From contig JANXCA010000003.1 of assembly GCA_025060535.1 (NCBI GenBank), forward strand, positions 1 to 55,983: a stretch of 55,983 nucleotides of DNA, given 5' to 3'. Numbering within the stretch: the first letter of the stretch is position 1; each line of letters starts with the position of its first letter. Positions 49,001 to 55,983 of the stretch are shown in pieces. Made by a program: the position numbers and the translations under genes. The notes under the pieces are model-generated. The model did not search any database. It was not told the origin of the DNA and saw only the letters and a program-made list of their open reading frames with translations. This stretch comes from Endomicrobiia bacterium (GTDB lineage: Bacteria; Elusimicrobiota; Endomicrobiia; DTEH01).

Positions 49001-49962
49001 TTCCCATTTAACTGATAACCATCCCTTATGTTTTCAGGTTTTCCTCCCGTAGTAGAGTTAATCCAATTAGATAGTTTTTTAAGATGGTTATATGCCACTT
49101 GACTTCCAAACCATAAATAGTCCACACCATACCTCCAAGGAAATCTACACGCGTCATATTTATAATCATAAGAATACCAAGAAGCTTGTGCACCTGATGC
49201 TTGACACCAATCAGGAACTAATCCTGTTTGGTAGTTGTTATAAAAATAGTTTGTAATATCATAGCATTTGTTAACAACATTATTCCAAGCAGAATTACCT
49301 GTTGCTGAAGCAAAAACTTTATACCAAGCAGGAGCAAAATAACTAGGATTAGTTACATTTGAACCTCCCCAAACATCTCCTGGTTTCAACACAAAAGTGT
49401 TTGCTTCTACACAGTACTGCATTAAAGCAGAAATTATAGTTTGTGCCTCTTGTAGATAATTTATAGCACCACTACTACCCCATTGTCTATGTGCAAACAA
49501 CAAAGCTAAAGCAACATCTTCATCAGCATCTGTTGCTGCATTTTGACCAACAACATTACCATTTGCATCTATCCTCCAGTGCATTAAGTTCCTTCCATCA
49601 TTATAGTGTTTATAATATCTAAATAAGCCATCAAAATATCCTTTGGTGCTGTCATTTGCATCGGTCATCATTACAGTAATAAGCATTCCATATCCTATAC
49701 CTTCAGATACTGTATCATTTCCATCCTCAGGTCTTTTTACCCGCCACATGTTTGACTGGGGACAACCATCTTGAGTTAGATAATTCTTCCAATTATTATA
49801 AGCAGTCAAAACTGCATTATTCATCTCAGCTTGGGAGACATTATTTGGTTTTATCCCGTAAGGATAATTTACAGATTGTGGAAAAGGAAAGTTTGCTGAA
49901 AACAAATAAGAACTAAAAAGAACCACTATAACAAATAAAAATTGTTTTGTTGTTTTTTTCAT
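46024..49962 (-). CDS. GH8 endo-beta-glucanase (CelA-like) + 9 Ig-like repeats + CTD
   Basis: DTVSEGIGYGM, LMHW, NAATDADEDVALALLFAHRQWG, LKPGDVWGG..VTNPSYFAPAWY, TGLVPDWC, YDACRFPWR. C-terminus KIYNVKGELV...WDGKTINGDYVRSGFYLY...GVIYVLK. Confidence 0.93.
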   Translation of the reverse strand: MKKTTKQFLFVIVVLFSSYLFSANFPFPQSVNYPYGIKPNNVSQAEMNNAVLTAYNNWKNYLTQDGCPQSNMWRVKRPEDGNDTVSEGIGYGMLITVMMTDANDSTKGYFDGLFRYYKHYNDGRNLMHWRIDANGNVVGQNAATDADEDVALALLFAHRQWGSSGAINYLQEAQTIISALMQYCVEANTFVLKPGDVWGGSNVTNPSYFAPAWYKVFASATGNSAWNNVVNKCYDITNYFYNNYQTGLVPDWCQASGAQASWYSYDYKYDACRFPWRYGVDYLWFGSQVAYNHLKKLSNWINSTTGGKPENIRDGYQLNGNTIGQWNNAAFVGPFAVAAMCDSSLQSWLNSLYNKLANFIPNNYYNDSLRVLTLLVITGNFPNLWATSDTINLYIVNPSSGSIVEGSTNVVVNVYTANTVNRVEFYVNNVLRSTDTTSPYSWLWNTTQDSDGGYELKVVGYTNSGSSDTKKVWVIVNNTKEPPTIQSISLINGSTVQGTVNITVSATDDVGITKVEFYINNVNIYTKTSPPYSYTWNTQSYSDGEYTLKIVVYDTDNLSTQQQLKVYVDNIDSPPSVSFVNLQNATTLQATINIQVLASDDRGISKIELYLDNSLLYLVNNTTFNNTTSLSYTLNTSLYSDGRHTIKSIAYDTQNQTSQVEYIVYFDNIDDPPSCRLLLYENQIISGTILVPLVYSDDKGISKIEYYINDVCVSTKTSYPFSYSINTTLLQDAQHKIGVIVYDTVGQSTFSVVNVIIDNTSPHLTIEFPLNFSYVSKISTISFSASDNYLLSKFEVFINSNLILTKDLQQSSTYFLYLWNTNQFSSTSTIRITAYDKIGNSVSKQVVVYVDNQSPTITNINLYNNQIVSGTIKINLSATDNFSIEKIEFYINNSLTQISTYPPYSLLWHTTNYPDGRYLLEFIIYDKVNNFSKTSLEVIINNTNDKPPEGAIIVKSTHSILSKKVQIQIQAKDDKLLNSLWIYHNNNFISSFNITSDNFSYEYELDTTKFSDGNFQISIKIYDSLTQSTTIVKNLIIDNTPPTINFVTPTNNSVVSSICSFQIEAYDVNSLSFLELKMLNSNNEEILNISTPTTSLIFSLNTKNYPNALYILTAKASDIANNLAEKTIIITISNQDEKPQIILTGLSNGIRISGVLTTEVIFLDDYKVVKIEFLIDEKLVETYTTFASSGIYVFNYNTQLLSDGLHQLKIISYDNSGQVSFEIIEFIVDNIKDKIVLTLDEDNINNVIEFGEYIEELKIYNVKGELVYQTTHQNKWDGKTINGDYVRSGFYLYSIKKMNSNNITYGVIYVLK
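46272..48800 (-). repeat. Nine tandem ~90-aa bacterial Ig-like repeats within the GH8 gene
   Basis: Recurring (D)xPP.V....NG..VSG.I.I...A.DD.GI.K.E.Y.N...W/LNT..Y.DG.Y.L....YD..N...V.VDN units; boundaries approximate. Confidence 0.8.
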
Positions 49963-50339
49963 CTTTTTTTCTTACCCTTTTTGGGAACAACTATAATTTT
50001 TTCATTATGATGAAAATGTCTGTGTTTTATTTTTTCTTTCCAACCATAAGGTAATTTAATAATAACTGAGGGTACATATTTAACATCTATCATTATCCAA
50101 GGTTTTGAAAGATCCTTTGTCCTCCACCAGTATCCATCATAATAACAAAACCAAAAACCGTCAAAGTAAAAAACTTCAAAGTCATCAAAATTAGATACAT
50201 ACATAACAGTGGTATCTGGAATTACTACCAGTTTAGGAGTGATTATTAATTTTGGTGGCGTTTTTATTTTTATTTTAATTTTTGAACTTATAAGAGTTAA
50301 ACCTACTAATAAAAAAATAAAAAATCTATAAATTTTCAT
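49959..50339 (-). CDS. Small secreted/membrane aromatic-rich hypothetical protein
   Basis: GAGG SD; hydrophobic N-terminus; VVIPDT.V.Y...FYFDGFWFCYYDGYWWR...PW...VP..IIKLP; basic/His tail. Its stop overlaps the GH8 start (ATGA). Confidence 0.7.
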   Translation of the reverse strand: MKIYRFFIFLLVGLTLISSKIKIKIKTPPKLIITPKLVVIPDTTVMYVSNFDDFEVFYFDGFWFCYYDGYWWRTKDLSKPWIMIDVKYVPSVIIKLPYGWKEKIKHRHFHHNEKIIVVPKKGKKKR

Positions 50340-50355
50340 ACATCAACCTCTTTAT

Positions 50356-50387
50356 ATTATAGACTACTTTAACTAAACCAAAGGTTC
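50356..50387 (-). promoter_or_regulatory. Candidate ECF-type promoter for the small protein-GH8-GH44 unit
   Basis: gGAAC-N20-TCTATAAT just upstream of the SD; no sigma70 -35 at the appropriate distance. Confidence 0.4.
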
Positions 50388-50397
50388 CCAAAAAATA

Positions 50398-53300
50398 CTA
50401 CTTCACTACTACTATGTTTCCTGTTTGGAAGGTACCATCTTTGAATTTACACTTATAAATATATAAACCTGGTTTTAGCTTCCTACCAGACTCATCCTTG
50501 CCATCCCATATTAAAACTTGCTTTATTTCTCTTACGAGTTTACCTTTTATATTGTAAATCTTTATCTCCTCAATTTCCTTATCAGATTTAAAATCTATTA
50601 TTTCATTTTCTTGATCTTCATTTAGACTTAAAAAATACTTCTTTTTTAGTTTGTGTTCTACTTGAGAGTAAGAAAAGTTTATATTTACTGAGAAAGTTCC
50701 AACTTGATTTACTGTATCATATACTAAAACTACTAAATTATAGCTACCTTGTGGATAATTTGCAGGATTTATCACAAAACTATATGGTGAAAAAGTAGAA
50801 GTGTAAACTAAACTTTCATTAAGATAATACTCAACTTTTATTATTTCATCATCTGTTTCTATATTAGGAATTAACTCAACAGAAGAAGTGATTGTCATAC
50901 CTGAAAAAATACCAGAAAAAGTAACAGATGGAGGTGTGTTCCCTACTACATTATTTACTACTACCGCAATTATTTTAGTAGAAGTTTGATTTTTAGTATC
51001 AGTTGCCTCTATTTTTATCTCGTATATACCGTTAGGATCTAAAGTAGTATTCCAAGAATACCTAAGATAAGACACTAAAGTTGAGGTTGATAAATCTATA
51101 AGCACTAAATTATTCTTAGATACCTTCAGCGAAGTTATTCCAAAATCATCTTGGGCAACTATATCTAAATAAACCTCTCCACTTATTGTTTGACCATTTA
51201 TTAAATTACACCAAATTTCAGGTAAATTATCTTGTTGTGGAGCAGTGGAAGTAATAATTTCAAAGTTTGCTATTATCGTTTTTGTTGAATCAATTATTAT
51301 TACAACTGGATTTGAGCTACTTTGGACATCTCCTGACCAATTTAAGAACTTATAACCTTGAGTTGCTGTAGCATAAAGTTGGACTTGTTCTCCTTTAAGA
51401 TATAGTTGCTTATTTGGATATTTAGTAATACTTCCTGAATTTTGAGGATTTACCTGAGTATATAAAGGATAATAAGGATTATTTACTGTAACAGTAATCT
51501 GTGCTGTTGTTGATTGATTAAGTGTATCATATGCAATCACTTTTATATAGTGTGTTCCATTAGTAGTAGAGGTGGTATACCAAATAAATTCATATGGAGA
51601 TAAATTATCTGTATAAAAAAGTGAGTTATCTATATAAAACTCTACTTTTGATACTCCAAAATCATCAGAAACTGTTGCTTTTACAGCTACTGTTGAAGAA
51701 ACTACAGAGTTGTTTATAGGAGAAACAATTGTAACAGTTGGTGGATTATCTACAATCTGTGTTGACTCTGTTGTAGAAACTTCAACTTCATACCATAAAG
51801 TTTGGTAAATATGCGAAAGTGTAAATTTTGCTTTGTTGTTTTCTACAGTAATAGGTAAAACTGTTTTTCTTGCACCAGTGTTATCTAAAGCATAAACTTT
51901 AACTCTTGAAGCTAAGTACGGTAAAACAATCTCACAGTTTATTCCTTCAACAAATGAAGGAGAACTTCCCCATTGATTTCCTACTGTTATATTTTGGTTT
52001 GCGGGTGGCGGAAAAGACACAGGAGTGTTAGGATAAATCCTCCAGTTCATACCTGGATTTCCACAAGCACCTAACGCAGTAATTAAAATTTGCCCTGTAG
52101 TTGTGTTTGAATTTAATTCTGTAAATGTCTTACCATCAAGAGAGTTTAATGTAATTGTTGCCCATTTATTTTGTAAAGAATTTACATTTCTTATTGTTAT
52201 ACCATCTGAAAGATGATATTCTGAATTCTGTAAGTAACCTACTAAAAACTTAGCTTTAGGTGCATCACCTATTAAAACACCATTTGCTGTATCCCATTTT
52301 AGTTCTCCTGTGTCTGATTGATAGAAGTTATTAGAAGGAATTTGAACTTGTGAAGGTGTAAGATAATTTGATGGTTGAGTTCCCCCTTCTACTATCATAG
52401 CGGTTTTATGAAGAAGAGATATTCTTCTATTTAATCCCTTATCATCTGCGTGTATTAATCTCCATGCCCAAGTGTTTAGTGCTTGAGTTATTTCATCTTG
52501 TTTTGTAACATTGACAATAACATAACTTCCATTAGAGGCTGAAATATCTCCCCTACGATAAATCAAAGCTGCAGGAATAAAAGAAAGGAATTGAACAGGA
52601 TGCTGGTGTAAATCAAAGTATCCAGTAATTCTGCGTGTATCAAAGCTTGTGTTATGAGAATATGTATATCCAAAAATTCCATCCCAATCATGGAATGCTG
52701 CATATGCAGAAAGAATTATATAACACTCAGCAGAAAAGGTATTAGGTGCAGGATGGTTGTATTCTGTGATAGTAAAAGGTTTTCCAAAAACCCTTCTTGT
52801 AGCAATCTCTGAAATTGTTCCACCATTTAAATCTTTTACCAAAGTCGCATTAGTAACATACCAGTTATTGGGGTCCCAAGAAGTGCCAGGAAACACAGGA
52901 TGATGCCAATAAGAATGTGTATCTACAAAGTCAAGTTTTGACATTATGTTTGGGACAGAAGTTAGTCCAACAGTGGTGCCAGTAATTACACCTTTTATTC
53001 CTACGGTATTTTTTAAGTAGTTATACATTTCTAACCAAAAATTCTCTTCAAGTTGATACAAAAATTCAACCCAATCTCTTTGTGCTCTTTGAGTTCTTAT
53101 ATTTCTTTCCTGATACTTTATTATATTTATCGTTTTATTATCTAAGTTCTCTCCAGGAAGCAATCCCACATTACCACCCGGTTTAAAGGAGATGTTACTA
53201 AACCAATATGTAGCAAGCTCCTTACACATATCTGTAAAATTTACTCTTGCATTATTATCATCAGTAGATACAGTTAGTTCAAAATTAAATAGTTGATAAT

Positions 53301-54459
53301 AAGTTGTAAGATTTATTGTCCTGTCAAACCCTAAAATATACCAGGGATCGTGTGCTTGACCTATTTGGACTCTAATTGAGATGTTTCTGTCTGCTTTTGC
53401 ATAAAAAGATAAAGTATAAGGACGAGTAGAAGATACTACTAAATTTGGTTGATTAAACTGAATATGCCAAGAGGTAGGAGATGTATTTTGTATCGTTATC
53501 TTTACTGCCCTTTCATTATTAGGGCCTTCATTTACAATAGTAAAAGAAGCTCTTGCAACATCATGCTGTTCTCTGTTCCAATATGTAAAACCTTCTGAAA
53601 AATCTGCATTTCTTAACATCTCCTGACCTAACGGCTCAGAAAGAGCCCAACCAGAAGAAATTAAGTTTGAATGTGTTTGGTATTTGTTTGTAAGCCAATT
53701 GTTCCATTTCTGTCTTAAATCATTAGAAAACTCGGAAGGTAAAATATCTATAGTACCATCTAACCATCCTTGAATTAAACCATGCTCATTTATTATCTCA
53801 ACCATTGCAATAGCTGGTTCGTTGTTATAGTAAGTGCTTGTATAAGGATTCAATCTTGTAAGTAAATTATAAGCGTATTCTTTTTGCAGCTCTATCATTG
53901 GTTGATAGAACATAGCAGGAACTTGTTTTTGTTTCCAATCAAGTTGATTAATAGAATTTGGGAGACCATCACCAGGCATAAAGTTGCGTCCAACAACTAA
54001 GTTTATATTAACATATATACCGTTTTCTTTAAGTTTCGCAATAAAATAATCAAGACGATCTAAAGCCTCTTGATTAAAACTTCTTGTGTTTGTATAAGTC
54101 CCTGCATAACCAAAAATAGAATAACCCCAAGGGTTATCTAAAAAATGTAGTCTTGCAATATTTACTCCAAATTTAGCAAGCCGCTTTGCAACCTGCTCTG
54201 CTTGAGTTTTTAAAGGAAAACATGCATCAGAAGTAAAATTTACACCCAAAAACTTTATCCTTTCTTGTCCAACATAAAAATGTCCATCCTGACCAACAGA
54301 AACAAATCCATACTTACCAGCAGGTTTATGATTTAACCAGCTTACATCTACAACTGTATTTGAGGAATCATCCCAGGGAAGATAAAAATAAAACGTTTGA
54401 GAAAAAAGTGGTATAATCCAAAAAATAAAAAAACAAAAACTTTTTAAAAATTTTTTCAT
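50398..54459 (-). CDS. Clan GH-A hydrolase with inserted CBM4-like module (GH148-like) + Ig repeats + B-repeat-like domain + CTD
   Basis: KPAGKYGFV...GHF...IKFLGVN, RLAKFGVNIARLH, LDRLDYFIAKLKENGIY, EIINE (acid/base); inserted LRNADFSEG...WHIQFNQ...YTLSFYAKA CBM4-like module; DTHSYWHHP, PFTITEYNH (nucleophile); C-terminus KIYNIKGKLVREI...WDGKDESGRKLKPGLYIY...GNIVVVK. Confidence 0.75.
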   Translation of the reverse strand: MKKFLKSFCFFIFWIIPLFSQTFYFYLPWDDSSNTVVDVSWLNHKPAGKYGFVSVGQDGHFYVGQERIKFLGVNFTSDACFPLKTQAEQVAKRLAKFGVNIARLHFLDNPWGYSIFGYAGTYTNTRSFNQEALDRLDYFIAKLKENGIYVNINLVVGRNFMPGDGLPNSINQLDWKQKQVPAMFYQPMIELQKEYAYNLLTRLNPYTSTYYNNEPAIAMVEIINEHGLIQGWLDGTIDILPSEFSNDLRQKWNNWLTNKYQTHSNLISSGWALSEPLGQEMLRNADFSEGFTYWNREQHDVARASFTIVNEGPNNERAVKITIQNTSPTSWHIQFNQPNLVVSSTRPYTLSFYAKADRNISIRVQIGQAHDPWYILGFDRTINLTTYYQLFNFELTVSTDDNNARVNFTDMCKELATYWFSNISFKPGGNVGLLPGENLDNKTINIIKYQERNIRTQRAQRDWVEFLYQLEENFWLEMYNYLKNTVGIKGVITGTTVGLTSVPNIMSKLDFVDTHSYWHHPVFPGTSWDPNNWYVTNATLVKDLNGGTISEIATRRVFGKPFTITEYNHPAPNTFSAECYIILSAYAAFHDWDGIFGYTYSHNTSFDTRRITGYFDLHQHPVQFLSFIPAALIYRRGDISASNGSYVIVNVTKQDEITQALNTWAWRLIHADDKGLNRRISLLHKTAMIVEGGTQPSNYLTPSQVQIPSNNFYQSDTGELKWDTANGVLIGDAPKAKFLVGYLQNSEYHLSDGITIRNVNSLQNKWATITLNSLDGKTFTELNSNTTTGQILITALGACGNPGMNWRIYPNTPVSFPPPANQNITVGNQWGSSPSFVEGINCEIVLPYLASRVKVYALDNTGARKTVLPITVENNKAKFTLSHIYQTLWYEVEVSTTESTQIVDNPPTVTIVSPINNSVVSSTVAVKATVSDDFGVSKVEFYIDNSLFYTDNLSPYEFIWYTTSTTNGTHYIKVIAYDTLNQSTTAQITVTVNNPYYPLYTQVNPQNSGSITKYPNKQLYLKGEQVQLYATATQGYKFLNWSGDVQSSSNPVVIIIDSTKTIIANFEIITSTAPQQDNLPEIWCNLINGQTISGEVYLDIVAQDDFGITSLKVSKNNLVLIDLSTSTLVSYLRYSWNTTLDPNGIYEIKIEATDTKNQTSTKIIAVVVNNVVGNTPPSVTFSGIFSGMTITSSVELIPNIETDDEIIKVEYYLNESLVYTSTFSPYSFVINPANYPQGSYNLVVLVYDTVNQVGTFSVNINFSYSQVEHKLKKKYFLSLNEDQENEIIDFKSDKEIEEIKIYNIKGKLVREIKQVLIWDGKDESGRKLKPGLYIYKCKFKDGTFQTGNIVVVK

Positions 54460-54503
54460 ATTTTATATGCCTCGTAAATTAAGTGTTTTTTATTTTGAAT
54501 TTT

Positions 54504-54532
54504 ATATTACCAAAAACAAAAATAAAATACAA
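54504..54532 (-). promoter_or_regulatory. Candidate sigma70 promoter for the GH148-like gene
   Basis: TTGTAT, 17 nt, (TGG)TAATAT extended -10; GAGG SD downstream. Confidence 0.4.
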
Positions 54533-54605
54533 GCTTCTATCTACATTGATAAATTACATTGTCTATAATTAATCAACACCAACATTCACACATTTTTCCA
54601 ATTCT

Positions 54606-54631
54606 CCCAAACCCGCATTGGGTTGGATGGG
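54606..54631 (-). terminator. GC-rich hairpin immediately after the aldo/keto reductase stop (weak terminator or stabilising stem)
   Basis: CCCA-tcc-AACCC-aatgc-GGGTT-TGGG on the minus strand; no clear U-tract. Confidence 0.3.
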
Positions 54632-55588
54632 TTAGGAGGATAAAAAATAGCTTAGTTTTTTTATTTTTTCAAAATCTTCTTTTTCAATTTTTAAATCTAT
54701 ACATTTTATATTCTCCTTTAACTGCTCAACTGTTCTTGAGCCATCTATTACACAACTTACTGAATCAAAACATAAAACTAAAGCTAACGAAACTTGTGAG
54801 ATTGTAGCAGAGTATTTTTTAGATAAGCTCTCTACTTCAGATAATACCTCCCAACCATATTCTGTAAACCTCCACCGCCACCTTTTTTCTTCCCATTCGG
54901 GTTTAATAAAACCTCTTGTATCTTTAGGAATTAAATCCTTTTTGTACTTTCCAGTTAAAAAACCAGAAGCTAATGGACTATATGCCATATATCCTAAATT
55001 AAATTTTTTTGACAACTCATATTTTTCATAATTTACATCAAAATCAACTATATTAAATATTTCTTGTAATACAGAAATTTCACTTAATTTCTTTTGCTCA
55101 CATATTTTTATTGCTTCATAAATCTGCCAGGACATATAGTTAGACATACCAATAAACCTTGCTTTTCCAGATTTTATTATCTCATCCATAGTTTCTAAAA
55201 CTTCCTCTAACGGAGTAAAAGGATCGGGCCAGTGAAGAAAATATATATCCACATAATCTGTGGCAAGACGCTTAAGGGAGTTGTTTATGCTATCTAAAAT
55301 CTCTTGTCTTGTTTGATATTTATCATCTCTATAACCATGAACTTTAGTAGAAATAACAAGTTCATTTCGCTTTCTTGTCTCTTTCAAAAAACCTCCTAAA
55401 ATCTCTTCTGCTTCTCCCCATCTGCTTCCGTAAACCTCTGCTGTATCAAAGAAATTTATACCATTGTCTAAACAAAAATAAAATATCTTTTTTGCTTCTT
55501 CATAATTAGTTCTTCCACCCCAAAAAGCTGTCCCGTAACATATTTCAGAAACTTTTAAATTAGTTTTTCCTAATGTGCGATATTTCAT
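54632..55588 (-). CDS. Aldo/keto reductase
   Basis: MKYRTLGKTNLKVSEICYGT, GINFFDTAEVYG, VISTK, SLKRLATDYVDIYFLHWPD, YSPLASGFLTGKY. Confidence 0.95.
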   Translation of the reverse strand: MKYRTLGKTNLKVSEICYGTAFWGGRTNYEEAKKIFYFCLDNGINFFDTAEVYGSRWGEAEEILGGFLKETRKRNELVISTKVHGYRDDKYQTRQEILDSINNSLKRLATDYVDIYFLHWPDPFTPLEEVLETMDEIIKSGKARFIGMSNYMSWQIYEAIKICEQKKLSEISVLQEIFNIVDFDVNYEKYELSKKFNLGYMAYSPLASGFLTGKYKKDLIPKDTRGFIKPEWEEKRWRWRFTEYGWEVLSEVESLSKKYSATISQVSLALVLCFDSVSCVIDGSRTVEQLKENIKCIDLKIEKEDFEKIKKLSYFLSS

Positions 55589-55983
55589 TTAATTACATTA
55601 ATCGTACCAAATAATTTTTGATTATCTGTTGTTGTAATTTTGTATATATAAAAACCTAAATTTAACTTATCATTTAAACTCAACAAAAATGGAGATTCTT
55701 CAATGACTTTCAATATCTTACCTTTGATATCAAATATTTCTACTTTTAATATATTGTCACTTACTAAACTTGAAAAGTCTATACTGGGTTGAGTACTGCT
55801 TAAAATATTGTGCCGGTTCTTATAAATATTTTGATCTGTAGATTGTCCGCCATCATTTTGATTTTGTGAGGGTGGATTATAAACTATAACTTCAATCTGT
55901 AGGTAACCTGATTGACTGTTATTGTCGTAAGCTATTATTTTTATAAAATATGTAGCATTTGAGTATTCCAAAGTATTCCAATT
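55585..55983 (-). CDS. 3' end of a further secreted Ig-repeat protein with a divergent CTD (5'-truncated by the window edge)
   Basis: The frame is open to the window end (NWNTLEYSNATYFIKIIAYDNN.., same Ig repeat type as the GH genes). Ends KVEIFDIKGKILK...LNLGFYIYKI...GTINVIK. Confidence 0.8.
   Translation of the reverse strand, partial: NWNTLEYSNATYFIKIIAYDNNSQSGYLQIEVIVYNPPSQNQNDGGQSTDQNIYKNRHNILSSTQPSIDFSSLVSDNILKVEIFDIKGKILKVIEESPFLLSLNDKLNLGFYIYKITTTDNQKLFGTINVIK

Noticed and set aside
38494-54459. Cellulosome or classical PUL interpretation; mobile genomic island
   Set aside because: No dockerin duplicated Ca-loops, cohesins, SLH domains or SusC/SusD. No integrase, transposase or flanking repeats. 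The visibly higher GC in the catalytic modules can be explained by Gly/Trp/Pro/Ala content.
54561-54570. Third TCTATAAT motif (plus strand)
   Set aside because: No GAAC at the matching distance, and it points antisense into the aldo/keto reductase gene; probably chance.
1950-54807. About 25 short plus-strand ORFs of 60-112 aa in the track (e.g. 1950, 7317, 9604, 21982, 26067, 30356, 41913, 54559)
   Set aside because: All lie antisense to well-supported minus-strand genes, mostly use TTG/GTG starts without an SD, and have the F/L/S/I-rich composition of shadow frames.

Overview
Very AT-rich bacterial DNA, densely coded and almost entirely on the minus strand; the only plus-strand gene is an adenylate cyclase. 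I saw no rRNA, tRNA, CRISPR array or mobile element. The gene content (several PorV/PorP-like beta-barrels, many secreted proteins ending in a FlgD-Ig/T9SS-like C-terminal domain (CTD), an orphan FliG-domain protein, Ser-Thr-rich Ig repeats) suggests a diderm organism, most plausibly Elusimicrobiota; this is inference only. There are four blocks. (1) 1-6.5 kb: a four-gene operon encoding a stand-alone CTD protein, a PorV-like barrel with TPRs, an apparent natural FliF(RBM3)-TM-FliG(M/C)-TPR fusion, and a >846-aa coiled-coil protein missing from the ORF track. No flagellar genes lie nearby, and this is my best candidate for an undescribed trans-envelope ring or secretion machine. (2) 6.8-28.3 kb: a long operon-like run of a frameshifted NtrC-family regulator, smpB, pyrE and a DUF58/BatA-vWA/DUF4159/vWA-GATase/DUF4175 cluster. 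Three TMEM260-like (DUF2723) GT-C glycosyltransferases and a GT28 are inserted into that cluster, which is followed by a TPR-metallopeptidase and a tRNA nucleotidyltransferase. (3) 28.4-32.1 kb: a class III adenylate cyclase and an ECF sigma/zinc anti-sigma pair. The anti-sigma ends in a LecB/DUF4114-like Ca2+/sugar-binding motif and has a second in-frame ribosome-binding site. (4) 32.2-56 kb: a dockerin-free, SusCD-free beta-glucan/cellulose degradation locus (GH148-like, GH8, GH44, GH48, GH5). Several of the enzymes sit on Ig stalks with CTDs, interleaved with two more PorV/PorP-like barrels and a 1558-aa FN3 surface protein. All family calls are by-eye motif recognition; no searches were run.
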